The position numbers and the translations under genes are program-made. The notes below the pieces were generated by a model. It was given only the letters and a program-made list of their open reading frames with translations, made no database searches and was not told the DNA's origin. A stretch of DNA of 64,000 nucleotides. Origin: Felis catus (lineage: Eukaryota). Positions 35,766 to 47,804 of the stretch are shown here, in pieces (positions within the stretch are counted from its first letter, which is position 1; each line of letters begins with the position of its first letter). Location: positions 173,416,001 through 173,480,000 of the forward strand of contig NC_058368.1 in the NCBI RefSeq assembly GCF_018350175.1, in the 5' to 3' direction.

Positions 35766-36569
35766 TACCTCCAATGAGACTCAGTGTGGTACTCTCATTT
35801 CCTGCCTTCCCACTTCCCAGAGGCCTATTCAGCATCTAGTGCATCCTCCCACTTTACACCTTGTAGCCTCCAGAGAAGTATTTTGTTTTTCTCAAATTCT
35901 CAAACCACCAGAATGTGGGGATCTCTCTGGGGCCTTGGAACTGAGATTCCTGAAGGGACCAGGGATCAATAGAAGCCTGTCTGCCATGCAGACTGGAGTG
36001 AGCCTGAGCCCCAGATGCCCTGGGAAAGGCAATAACTCATCCTGGGTCCTCTTCAGCCCTTCCCCCAGCCAAGTCTAGGCAAGGACAGCCATCAATCCCA
36101 CTTATCAGGCTCTTATTTCATCCTTTATCCAGCTGTCTCAGATGTCACTCCACATCCTTAACACAGAGTTATGAGAGATTGAGCGCTCAGGCCTGGGCTG
36201 GCTGACGGATTCATGAGTCCGGGGCTGCCCATTCATCAGGGATAAATCTCAGTGGCTTTAGGGGGTGGGGTAGAATTTGATTGACTGGGTCTTGGGGTAG
36301 GTGCTTTGCTGTCAGTGATCACAAATATCAAAGTCATGCAGAGGAGGGTGGTGATAATGGTGGTGACATTGGGTAAAGAGAAGACCCCTATGTTTCGGGG
36401 AGACTGTTCTGGGCCACCCAGTGTATAAGGAAGACCAGCTCCAGGAAGTAGTTATATTTGGCAGACAAACACACTTTACTCAGTAATTGTGGGGCTTCTC
36501 AGACAGGAGGATCCTGGAAGGTAAGGAGCCCAACTTGCCCCAAAGTAATCCAAAAAATCTTTTTAAAAC

Positions 36570-37100
36570 TTGTACTAGACCATGTCTCTACCCTGCTTAA
36601 ACTCCCCCCCAAATGGCTGCCCATTATAGTTAAAATAGAATCCTGACCCCTGACCCCAGCCCACAAAGCCCTCCTTGATGGAAGCCCAAGCCCACTTTGC
36701 CTGCCAACACTCCAGATCCTCCAGGCTCTGCCTGTTCTTAAAACAAACACTCAGGCTCACTCCTGCCTCAGGACCTTTGCACTTGCTGTCTCCTCCCATT
36801 AGATGCACTCCCTCCAGGGTATTGTGTGACTACATTCAAGGCTTAGTGTAGATAGAATCTGGCATCTCCAGAGAGGCCTCCCTGACCTCCTTAGTCTCCC
36901 TCTGTCACATTCCCTCCATAGTGCTTAGCACTGGCTGTAATTGTCTTGTTCCTTTTCTCTTTCCTTGAACAGAAGCCAGCTAGAATTCTAGTCCCTGAAG
37001 GCAGGTTCTGTCTGTCCTCTACTTTGGTGGGTCCCCAGCCAGCATTTGGTGCGTTGCTGGACATCGTAGGCCCTCAATAAATACACATTAGAATGAACCA
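36570..37100 (+). mobile_element. L2 LINE 3' region
   Basis: CTCCTGCCTCAGGACCTTTGCACTTGCTGT...GTAGGCCCTCAATAAATAC. Confidence 0.85.
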
Positions 37101-37669
37101 ACTACTGGCCAGCTGCATCTTTCAGAGCAAAGCCCTAGGACAAGGTGAGTCAGAAAAGGTGCTGCAGACCACACTATGGTCTTCTGTTCAGGGTGCTGAA
37201 GGCTCCATCGGCCACCACTGCTGTGGCTTCTCTAGGAGACAGAGGAAGAAGGCAGTCCATTCTGGGGAGAATGGCTGTTTGTGTCACCAGGAGGTTGCCA
37301 TAGGAACGCCGTGCTGTGCAGCAAAGACCCCTGCTTAAAGTTAGAGATGTGGAGATATGAAGTGATTGTGGAAGTCGATGAAGTATTGACCAGTAGCTGT
37401 GGAGCCCTTGGGGAAGGACTTTCGGGTCACATCCCTCCCCCACCCCTCCCCTCAGCTTCATCTTGAAACTCCTTTCTGTGCCTTTACTTCCAGCTTCGTC
37501 CCCCCCACCCCCCGCCGCAGCCCACTGCCATCTGGGTGGTCAGAGCACTTGCCCGGGGGGCCATGAGAGAGAAGAGAGGGCTAAAAGCAGGCCAAGGGTC
37601 ATGCCAAGGTCATCCCAGGCATCTATGCCTGACGGAATAGCAATCATAGAAGTCATAGATGAGGTATGA

Positions 37670-37930
37670 CAGTCCACATGTATGGAACGCTTACTTTATG
37701 TACATCAGAATCCGTGCTTAGACCGAGTGCTCAGACTCATGAATTAGTAGACTGAATCCTATATAACCCAGAGGGAATTGTTATTACGATCCCCATTTCA
37801 CAGAGGAAGAAACTAAGGCTCCGAGAGGTTACATAAAATTTTTGAAAATTCCCACCTAGTAAGAGGTAGTTCCAGGATTTTAACCCAGGGAATCTGAATC
37901 CAGAATTCAAGCTCTTAACCACACTACCAT
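37670..37930 (-). mobile_element. MIR SINE, near full length
   Basis: ATCCCCATTTCACAGAGGAAGAAACTAAGGCT...CCAGGATTTTAACCCAGG...GCTCTTAACCAC. Confidence 0.85.
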
Positions 37931-39064
37931 CTCAGCAATTCTAAACACGGCAAATGTAGCAACTCCTATGTGTTGAATGGTTACTGTGGAGCACATATTC
38001 TGGGAAACTAAGGATTGCAGGGGCAAAGTCACTCACCCAAGTGGTAGAGTCCGGATCTGCATACCTGCCCAGAGCCGAAGTTCATTCTCCCAACATCAGC
38101 AGAGGCCTGGACCTACAGGGCCAGAGAAGACCCTCCAGTCTGGCCATCTCTGGACTCCAGGTGGGACCGCTGATACCTGCACCACCCTAGCCAATGCCAA
38201 GGTTTAAGGCAATGACCCTTTTCTCCAAACCCACCATGCCTCAAGACCAGGGCGGGCACTGAAGACACCTGACAACCTGACCCCAACAAAGTCACTGGAT
38301 GGGCTGCAGAGTACCATGTGACCATAGCCTAAAGGAGAATGGGACTCACCACTGCTCATATGGGCAAGGCCCTTACCATCTCTGAGCCCAGCTTTCATCA
38401 TCAGAACTGTGGGGTAACCCTCCTCCTTCCACTCAAATTCATAGGGGTTTTGAGACTAATGTGACAGTGCTTCCTAATCTGTCACTCAGTGAACGTAGCT
38501 GCTATGATGTAGGCGAGCCCACCATTAGGAAATCAGAGAGTCAATACTTACTGTTGCAAGGCTTCCTCTCCTCTTTGCTCTCCAACGAGATTCTCTAAAA
38601 GGCATTTCAAATGGAGATTAAATTATAAAACTTTAATCCAAATGTCATTTCCTAGGAATATGCCAACTGCATGCAGTGACTAAGAGCCGAGAGGCTCTGT
38701 TGCGGCCCAAACTAGCCCAGACCAGAGGTTGCCCTGAGCTTGCTGTGAGGACATGCTCTTCTGCCCTCTGTCTCCTGGCTCCAACTTCATCCATCAGGGA
38801 ACAGGTAGCAGAGCTCATGGCTAGGGTGGGCTGGGCTGGGGTCTCACTGCTCTTTTAGGCCATGTTCCGGCATCTGCCCCCTCCCCCATAAAAAGCCCCT
38901 TTCTCCCAAGCCCCCTGGCAAGAAAAGGCATGAGACATCCTGACAGAAAGAAGACCAGACACGCTTCTGGATTCTGGAGAGCAAAGGGGGCTTTTCCGGG
39001 GGAGTCCTCTAATTTTCATTCTGATATTCCCCTAAAGCTCTAACTAACCTAGCAACCTCTGTCT

Positions 39065-39460
39065 ATTGACATTAGTCAGCTATTTCTGTGAGAATCCTGT
39101 ACAACAAACAACCCTAAAATCTCAGTTACTTACGACCACAAGTATTTTTCTTGTCTGTAGTCTGAAAGTTGGCTGGGTGGTTCTGCCTCAGGCCACAGGG
39201 TGGGTTCAGCTCTGCTGCATGTGTCTTGCACTCTAGGACTCGTGACTATCCAGGGCATGCCCCTCTCATGGTGGATGGAAGAAATACAAGAAGCCAATGT
39301 AAACCACACAGATTTAAAGCCTTTGTGTACATCATGTCCCCTAAGGTTACATTGGCCAAGGTGAGTCATGTAGCAAGTCCAACATCAGTGGGGTGGGGAA
39401 GTGTCCTTAGCCTAGAGAGTGGGAGCTGCTGTGAAGTCACATGGCACCCCAAAATCTAAG
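39065..39460 (-). mobile_element. MLT1H/I/J-type LTR
   Basis: ATTAGTCAGCTATT...AACAAACAACCCTAAAATCTCAGT...CATTGGCCAAGGTGAGTCATGTAGCAAGTCCAACATCAGTGGGGTGGGGAAGT. Confidence 0.8.
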
Positions 39461-39639
39461 CCTCTGTGTTAACTAAACAGCAAAAGAACAACAACAACAG
39501 CTAGAGCCATATGGCAGAGGGTGTGGTTATATAATTCCATTACAGGAAGAGAGTAGTTACAAATAGGATGGAGTAGGTTTAGGATGGTCATTGCCTTCAA
39601 GTCCATTTTCCTTAGGGAGGATTCATCCTGTTTGGAGCT

Positions 39640-40350
39640 GCCTTGTTTTCAATTTGAGTAGGACTGATTCCACTACCAGCTCTAGAGATAGGCCTGGGCT
39701 GGCTCAAAACAATCTCACAGCCCATCCCATGGCCACAGTTGTTGTTTCAACAATAGGCATATGACTGGGGCACCCGGGAGGCTCAGTGGGTTAAGCGTCC
39801 AACTTCAGCTCAGGTCATGATCTCACTGCACGTGAGTTCGAGTCTTGTGTTGGGCTGTGTGTTGACAGCTCTGAGTCTGGAGCCTGCTTCGGATTCTGTC
39901 TCCATCTCTCTCTGCTCTCCTCCCCTTCTCTCTCTCTCTCTCTCTTTCTCTCTGTCTCAAATATAAATAAACATTTAAAAAAAAAAAAAAGAATAGGCCT
40001 ATGACCTAATTCAGGCCAACGAGAGACACTGAATCCCAAAAGAATCCAGAAGGTTCCTTCCATTCTCACTGGAAAGAAGAAAGAAATGTGGAGTTCAAGG
40101 AGCTTCTGGCAACCAAGTTACGATTCCAAGGGGACCCAGTCTTGAAATGAAGCAATGGAAAAGGGAAATGAAGAAAGTGGGAAAAAAAAAAAAATCAAGT
40201 TCTAGGGAGACATAATTCATCTGGATCGAGCATTACCTGAAACCTAACCTACTACTTGACTTCACTTACAGGAACCAATACATTTCTATTTTTGTTTAAG
40301 CCAGTTTAAGTGTTTTTTTTTTTTCTTCCATCATTTGCAACCCAAAGATT
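39640..40350 (+). mobile_element. MLT1K-type LTR (split by a SINE)
   Basis: CCCATCCCATGGCCACAG...ATGACCTAATTCAGGCCAA...TTTGTTTAAGCCAGTTT...CATTTGCAACCCAAAGATTCCTA. Confidence 0.8.
39767..39990 (+). mobile_element. Felid SINE, full length, inserted in an MLT1 LTR
   Basis: GGGGCACCCGGGAGGCTCAG head, polyA tail; TSD AATAGGC(A/C)TATGAC at 39752-39765 and 39992-40005 (1 mismatch). Confidence 0.95.
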
Positions 40351-41094
40351 CCTACATGAAGGATGATATCAGAGAGGAGACAGGAGAACCAAGGTTCTCT
40401 AGTTACTGTCACCCCCTATCACACAAGCCAGAAACACTGGGGCCTAAGAGTATCATGGGATTTGATCATCTCTTCTTAGAGCATTCAGAACCAGCCATCC
40501 CCTCTGGTACCTCACTGCACCCACCGTGGGCCTCCAGCACCCCAAAAAATTACCCTCCACAACCAGACCTGTTCACCTTCTTGATGCAACCTCAAGTCTC
40601 TGGCTAGCCCCAAAGCCCTGGGAGTCTGGAGTTGCTGCCTCATACATCAAAGATGCTTTTGCAGGAAGGGAAAAATGTAGGTCATTTTTCAATGTGTGTG
40701 GCTATCTTCGAGCAACCCCGAATGCCAGAAGTGGAGCTGGGAGTCAGTACTAGATAAATGGGATGGCTCCCAGAAGGAGCGACCCCATCTGCCTGCTCTC
40801 CCCACCCAAGTTGGGGGGATCTGGGAAAGGGGGCGTGGAGTGTGTTCCCACCCCCTACACACTCATAATAAACAGGGATGAGCTTGGCTGTCTCTGGACC
40901 CCAAAGTATTGTCCTCAACTCTTAGCCTAACTTTAGAGAAAAGAGAAAACTTTCCTTGTTATTGTTCCTTTAAAATCGTATTTTGTGAACGAGAGGAAGA
41001 AAAAAGGCAAGTCCGTGAAGTCATTTTGCTAACACTCCAGCCATCACATAGGCTGCTGGGGCTTGAAGAAAAATCAAGAAAATTAGTGCTTGCG

Positions 41095-41480
41095 AAAGGG
41101 AAAGAGCGACAGCGGTGGACTGGGACGGGCACAGCGGGGCCCACGCAGCCCTCCTCCTGCCCGGCTCAGCCCCTCCCTGAAGCCGGCTCTCTGCTCTCCC
41201 CAGATCGCTCTGTGTTCCTTCCTCTCCGGGGGCCTTACTACCTCCCGCCCGGGCCCTGCCGGGCAGCCCCCAGGGGGCATCTGCGCCGCCTGCCCCTTCC
41301 CAGTGCCAGCAGCCCTTCCCGCCCTCCCCCTGTGAGTCTGTGCTCGCCGGCGCGCCTCTCCGCAGCCTGGACAGACAGTGCCCCCCGCAGGCCACAATCG
41401 GCCCTGGGCTGTGGCGACCTGCGTGACAAAGATGAATACCCATGGGGGCTTAGGAGGAGAACACCGGCGAACCTCCACTG
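41095..41480. promoter_or_regulatory. Small CpG-rich island (orphan CGI / enhancer candidate)
   Basis: About 26 CpGs hand-counted in ~370 bp of very GC-rich, repeat-free sequence. Confidence 0.55.
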
Positions 41481-41946
41481 GTGACCCCAATTTCTGACTC
41501 GAACCCAGGTCCCCAGAGGTGAGGTGAAGAAAATGCCTAAATTAAAATGCTAATTACCGTCTTCAGCAATTCGGTACCAGACAGTCACTTGTATCTATTA
41601 TTAACAGCTTCCCGCCACAGCCGCCGCTCGCCAAGAGACACGGATGATTTAAAGATTCAGGTGCAAGAGAAAATAACAGAAAACCGTGTTTGCACGGTGA
41701 AGCGCAGCCTGTGGGGGTGTCACCCTATTCTGCCCACCCTGCGGAGAGATGATAAGAAGCCAAGGACAACAAAAGGTGCTGTCCCAGAAGGCCCCTGGGG
41801 GCTCCCCAGGTGGGAACTTGGGCGCAGAGAATAACCTAAACCCTTGTGTTTAAAAATATTTGCAGGGCTTTTTATGGCTCACAAACTACTCCATGATTTC
41901 TTAATTAAACCCCAGGGTTTGGCGAGGGCAGGAGTTTGAGCTCCAT

Positions 41947-41987
41947 GCCCAGGTAGGAAGAGGCCCAGGTAGGAAGAGGCCCAGGTA
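41947..41987. repeat. 16-bp tandem repeat x2.5
   Basis: GCCCAGGTAGGAAGAG GCCCAGGTAGGAAGAG GCCCAGGTA. Confidence 0.95.
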
Positions 41988-42679
41988 AGATGCTACCCTG
42001 GACATTGAGGCTCTCCTCTGATGCTGCCTGCTCCTGGAATCTGGAAGGTTTGATGCTGGGGAAAAGATGGCCCATGAGCCGTCAGTTCCCAGGTGAGACA
42101 CGCACTGACACTTGGGAGAGTCACACTCAACTCCGTCGTCACACTGACCTCCAGAAATAAGGCAGGGCTGGTCTCAAGGGATGTCTTGGGGCCTTGGCAA
42201 CGCCCATGGAGGATCTGCCCAGGCAGAAAGCTTAGGCGACCAGGAGAGAGGAGGCAAGGAATGAAAGAGGAGCATGTGATACAGAGTACAAGCAAATTGC
42301 ACAGTAACAGTGCAGAAAAAGCCATGAGCATTGACCCTCCTCTTTGTTCATGGCGGGCAGAGGGGGACTGAACTGCCCAAGGTCACTAGGAACTGCCCAG
42401 TCAGGGCAGAGGCAGGTTCAAATCTCCTTCCTAGACTCACAGTCTAGACACCAAAGGGACAACGCACAGAGGCCTCAAGACCAGGCTATTAAGTTGCTGT
42501 CACAGTCCCTCCATCCCACTCTGAGATGATCTTGTCCCACATCTGTGTGCTCGTGGAAGCAGATATTGGGACTGTCTGGTGTCCCCAGACAGAGCTCTGG
42601 ACTCATAGACAGTGCCTTGTGATTTCTTATGAACCAATGAATAAATAAATTCAATGTTATACGTGAACAGCCTCATACA

Positions 42680-42872
42680 CAGGGCATTCTGGGGCTGGCT
42701 CCTACCGGCTCCTAGGAACCAATTGTTAAATATTCAAGATTTGTGAGCTGGTTGTTAAACAATTGGTAGCTTGAAATCAGGCATGGTGAGAGTATTTACA
42801 CCACAGCAATCAGTAAATGCTACTAATCAGGGCTTTTTTCCTGACCCCATCCCTACTTCCAGCAAAACACTA
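42680..42872. mobile_element. MER63A-like hAT DNA transposon
   Basis: TGGTAGCTTGAAATCAGGCATGGTGAGAGTATTTACACCACAG...AAATGCTACTAATCAGGGCTTTTTT. Confidence 0.82.
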
Positions 42873-43639
42873 TAGCCAATCTTCTTAACCTGGGTTAATT
42901 TTCTTAATCTCCAAATCTTTCAAATACGGGAAAAGTTTACCTGTCTCCTGCATTTTACCCCCTCATTTGGTTTCTTTTGGTGCATGATTTCCCTACATTT
43001 ACAGGCACCCTCTCAGGCCTCAGTACCGCTCCTCCCCGTCACAAGCCCAGGCATCCTTCTGGAGCCAGGGCCGGAAGAGTTAATTCCCCATCAGCCCCCA
43101 TCCTCTCAGCGCACCACCTGTTCTGCTGGGTTCTGGCCCCAGGTGGGGTATAAACACCCCTGGTGATGAATGGCCCGCGCAAGCAGCGTTGCTGGGGCCC
43201 TCTGCTCCCTCCACCACCTGTTCTATCCCAGCTGGAGGAAGGGGAGAGGAGGAGGGGGCTTCTATCTGAATCAGAATCATCCATCCTGAGTAATTAGCCG
43301 CTGAAGAAAATGCAAACCTGCTGAAGGGGAGCAGAGGTCCCCCCATCAGCTTCTCTAAACTCCTCTTGCCCCAGGCTTGCCTCAGAGGCTGCTGGGAGAG
43401 CCGGGAAACTGAGGAGGCCGGGACGCCGTCTGCCAGAGCACAGGGTCTCTGCAGAACAAACACTAACACACTTCTCTCAAGACCGCCGCTGTCGGACCCA
43501 GCCCGTGCCCAGCCCAGATCTTCTCTCCCAAGTCTTGTGCTCTGGCCTCTCAATCACCATCTCCTTAGCCAGGGAGTAGAAAGTGTGTTTGGCAGACACC
43601 GCAGGCCACCCGCTCAGTATCCGTTTCCCTCTCACCCGA

Positions 43640-44050
43640 CGTTGTTCAGGTAGATTCTTGGTGTTCCCATGACCCATGTCCCAGATTTGTTTAGAGGGAA
43701 TGAGAGTGTGGTCCAGTTATAGTCAATGACACATGAAGGGAGGTCTGAAGTGTCTTTGATCCTAGGAGAGAATCATCACGGGGAGAGGTGCTCCCTTCTA
43801 GCTCTAGGCATTATGGCATCTGGACACGAATCCTCGAGGTTCAGCAGCCATTGTGTGACCCTGAGGAGTGCAAGACCGGGGTTGGGGCTGAGCAGAGGCA
43901 GAGAAAGAGCCGAAGTCCCCGGGGATGTCCCTGGATCTCTGATTCCTATGACTGGAGGCACCTCTCCTCCAGACTTCCTGCAATGCAAGATAAGAAAGGT
44001 CATTTTTTCACTTTGATTTGGATTGGTGGCCTGCAGCCAAGGACACTCCA
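43640..44050 (+). mobile_element. Old MLT1-type LTR
   Basis: CAGCAGCCATTGTGTGACCCTGAGG...CACCTCTCCTCCAGACTTCCTG. Confidence 0.55.
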
Positions 44051-44149
44051 ACTCAGGAAAGGCAAAGTCTGAACATGATCATCCAGCTAAGTCAGGCCCT
44101 GATCTTGGAACCCCATGTGGGTAACTAGGTTTGGGTTGTGCCTGATGCC

Positions 44150-44727
44150 CAGGCTTCATCCTCTGCCATACCAGTGCCTTCCTAAGGCCTTTCTCTGGCA
44201 TCTGGAGGGCTGCTCTTCCCTGTGTTCTAGGCCAGAGTGTCAGGAAATAAGACTTCCCAAGAATAGCCCTCAACCAATAACTGACGGGAAATGCTGTATA
44301 AATATCCCATAACAGGGCGCCTGGGTGGCTCAGTCAGTTAAGTGTCCGACTTCAGCTCAGGTCATGATCTCGTGGTTCATGAGTTCAAGCCCCACCCTGG
44401 GCTGTCTGGCGTCAGCACAAAGCCCACTTCAGATCCTCTGTCCTCCTCTCTGTCTCTGCCCCTCCCCGGGTTGCGCTCTCACTCCCTGTCAAAAATAAAT
44501 AAACATTAAAAAAGTAAATAAGTAAATATCCCAAATCCCTCTCCCCTGAAGTAGGAGAACTCCAAGGCATGCTGTCTATACTGGCTGCCAGGGTTCCAGG
44601 ATTATGTTCTACTTGCCCACAATGCTTATTGGCTGTCTCCCCATTCCCCATCAGCTCCCACATATGCTACTTGCACTTAAAAACTTGTCTCAGGGCTCAC
44701 TTCTGGGGGGAGCCAAACTGAGGCTAC
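44150..44727 (+). mobile_element. ERVL LTR16-like solo LTR (split by a SINE)
   Basis: GAATAGCCCTCAACCAATAACTGACGGG...TAAATATCCCA...CTACTTGCACTTAAAAACTTGTCTCAGGGCTCACTTCTGGGGGGAGCCAAACT. Confidence 0.8.
44315..44522 (+). mobile_element. Felid SINE, full length, inserted in an LTR16-like LTR
   Basis: GGGCGCCTGGGTGGCTCAGTCAGTTAAG head, AATAAA tail; TSD TAAATATCCCA at 44299-44309 and 44523-44533. Confidence 0.95.
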
Positions 44728-44739
44728 CTTCCTCCAGTG

Positions 44740-45190
44740 CACTGAGACCTGCTCTGTGATGGACACTGCAGAGAGACCAGGAAACAAGATGTATAGTCTC
44801 CCCACCCTGGGGCTCAGTTTCATGTGCAGAGACAGGTATTCGACAAGTCAACTAGTCTTATCATTTTAGGTGGCCTTAAATACAGTGATCAGAATAAAAC
44901 TGGGTGGTAGCAGTGACGGGGGAGGGTGCGAAGAGGGGAGAAGGGTAAGAGATCTCTCTGAGGCTCATCTGTAGCAAGAGCTGTGGGAGGAAGATTCCAG
45001 GCAGAGGAAACAGCAAGTGCAAAGACAGAGGCGGCATGCATGGTAGGTTTGAGAAGCAAATAGAAGGCAGTGTGGCAGGAGAAAGGTGAGCCAGGAGAAA
45101 GTGGAGAGGAATGCAGAGGCCAGCCCAGGTGGGCTCCCAAAGGGCATGGGAAGGAGTTTGTGGGGTCAAGGTCAACGGGAATCTATTGCA
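44740..45190 (-). mobile_element. L2 LINE fragment
   Basis: GGGAGGAAGATTCCAGGCAGAGGAAACAGCAAGTGCAAAGAC. Confidence 0.75.
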
Positions 45191-46401
45191 GGTTTGTAAG
45201 GTGGAGGGGAATTCGCCAACCCAAGAAGGCGGCAGCCTTCTGCCTACTATATGGGGACTGGATGGGGGGAAGCTGTGACAGTGAATTAAAGAGGCCAGCT
45301 GGGGCCATATGAGCGGCCAGCGTAGGAGATGCTGGCACTTGAAGCTGCCCTGTGTTCTCTATAGGTAAATCCTCCGTTTGCAGACCTGCCTCTTTCCTCT
45401 CCCTGCCCAGGACCAAGCCCTGGCACATGTATGCCATTCCCCCCCCAGTCCCTTCCCCAGGTTGGAGGTGACCTCTAAACCTAAGGTCAGTGAATGAACC
45501 CTTGTTGCCCCTGGACACTTCCACAATACCACTTGTCACTGACCACCCACATGCCAGGGCACATTCTTGCTCTCTGAGTTTGGGCATCCTTGGGGCCTCC
45601 TGGCCCTGCTCCCCTTTTCCCCCTGCCCCCAAGTGAGCAGGTATCATTCCAGACTGTGGCCCCACCCCCACCCCCCACCCCAGACTGGATGGTCAGTGTG
45701 AAGAGTTTCCTTGCTGGGCCCAGAACCCCTTCCCGGGGCCCAGAACAATTATCATTTAGTAGCACCTAGGGCTCTGGCAGCAGCTTGCCCTGAGTTTCTC
45801 AAAACACATTATCCACATTATTTTTCACTTGAAAAGTGTCGAGAAACCCTTGAGAGAGCTGAAGGATGTGGCTTAGTCCTAGTTTACAGATGGGCTGTGC
45901 AAACAGAAAGGTTTTCGAATTTTTCAGGGGCCAGGAGTAACAGAGCTCATGTTGGCTGGAACTAACCCCAGCATCACTAACAAATGGGCATAGCTAAGGG
46001 AAGACTCGTAAGCCTTGTATGGAGACAAACCTGCAGGTTTGGACCATGCTGCCTGCCTCTGCTGGGGAAGAGGCACCGCAAACCCATGTGTGACCAAGTT
46101 GCTGGGGATCCAAACTCATGGACAGAACCAAAATGCTCTTGATCCTTGACAATAATAGCTATGTCCTGAGGCCAGGGCAGGAGCAAAGACAGGTTAGTAA
46201 AGGAAGGAGGGAGATGAGAGGGGCTCAGTCTCTCTCTGCCTCCACTTCTTCATCTGTAGCATGGGAAATATAAATTCCCTCTCGCAGGACGACTGGTGAA
46301 ATCATGGATATGAACACATCCGAGCTATAGATTAGGAGGATTTAGGAGGACTTAGGACTTACGATGACTCCTTGGAGGTTAGAGAGTCCGAGCTATAGAT
46401 T

Positions 46402-46815
46402 GCTAGCTACCACCACTCCCACCACCCCATATCCATTCTCCCCATGCTCTGATCTTTAGCTGGGCCCACTGCTGCCTAGAATCAAGACTCTCTTCCCAGC
46501 CTCCCCTTGTGGCCATTTGGCCACATGACTGAATTCTGATCCTTACGCTGTAAACACAAGTATAGCGTGCAGTTCTGGGGAGAGTCCTTAAAGGGAAGAC
46601 AGGCACCTGTTTGTCCGTTGCTCCTCCTGGGAGCTGGAACCAAGCAGCACCTTGCATCGTGAGAAGGAGGCTGAGCAGCAGGAAAGAATGATTGATGTTG
46701 ACTTTGAGAAACCTCTCTTCCAGCATCTAGACTCTTGATTGAGAGAAAAATAAGCCTCTTTCTTGTTTTCAGTGCTGGTTCTCTTTGGGATGGTGTCTGT
46801 CACTCACAGCCGAAC
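46402..46815 (+). mobile_element. MLT1J-type LTR
   Basis: TTCCCAGCCTCCCCTTGTGG...GGCCACATGACTGAATTCTG...GAGAGAAAAATAAGCCTCT...TCTGTCACTCACAGCCGAAC. Confidence 0.75.
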
Positions 46816-47197
46816 CTCCAGCCTGAGGTTCAGCTCATCCCTATAGATTAGAGCCTGAATTGCTGTCCCCAAAGCCCAGGCCCATCCACGACAGCGCACT
46901 CCTTCATCATAAGTCCCAAGGGAAGACTAGAGTGCTCAGAAAGTATCAGTACTGCTCAAGATCTGCCAGTGAGCCACCCGATAGAGCAGGCAAGACCTGG
47001 CTCATCTGACCCTCCAACACTGAGTTCTAGCTAGAAGGTGCCAGAGGCCTGCCCCATGGGGTTTCTGAAACTGGCTGGAGGTTTGGTTTTTGAGAAGGGC
47101 AGGAAAGAGCTTGAAGAATGCGAAGGCTGATGACAGGAGAACTGGCTTGAAATTCCTTGCTGCCTGGCTGAAATCTAGCATCTGGAAAAGCAGAAAG

Positions 47198-47665
47198 CAG
47201 GCATACCTCATTTTATTGTGCTTCATTTTATTGTGCTTTGCAGATATTGAGTTTTTCACAAATCGAAGGTTTGTGGCAACTCTGTGTCTCTCAAGGCTAT
47301 CAGTGTCATTTTTTCCAAACGCATTTGCTCACTTTGTGTCTCCGTGTCACATTTTAGCAACTCTTGCGATATTTCAAACTTTTTCATTATTATACATTTG
47401 TTACAGTGAGCTGTGATCAGTGATTATGACTCACTGAAAGCTCAAATGATGGTGAGCAATAAAGTCTTTTCAAATTAAGGTTTGTGCATTGTTTTTGTTT
47501 TAGACATAATGCTATTGCACACTTTTAATAGACTATAGTAAGTGTAAACATAAATTTTATAGGTACTGGGAAACAAAAAATAATTCTTTTGACTCACTTT
47601 ATTTCCATACTTTCTTTATTGCAGTATCTGGAACCAAACCCTCAATATCTCCAAAGGTGTGGCTC
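47198..47665 (+). mobile_element. Tigger1-derived non-autonomous DNA transposon (Tigger1a_Car-like MITE)
   Basis: 5' TIR CAGGCATACCTC, internal CATTTTATTGTGCTT x2, TTTTTAGACATAATGCTATTGCACACT, 3' CAATATCTCC plus a degenerate TIR. Confidence 0.92.
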
Positions 47666-47804
47666 CCCATGCTTTTCTTCTGCCTTGGAATTCATGTCAG
47701 CTTCCTGAGGCCTGGCTTTGTCATGCTTCCAATTCTATCTATGTGCTGGCGATCTCTGGAGGTCTCCGGAACTCCTGAAAATTTAGTCTATTCAAAGATA
47801 GCCA

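Noticed and set aside
40909..41490. ORFs over the CpG island (191 aa +, 140 aa -)
   Set aside because: Open frames expected from high GC; no homology recognised and no clear start context
46332..46360. Interstitial telomeric repeat
   Set aside because: Units are TTAGGA(GGA), not tandem TTAGGG
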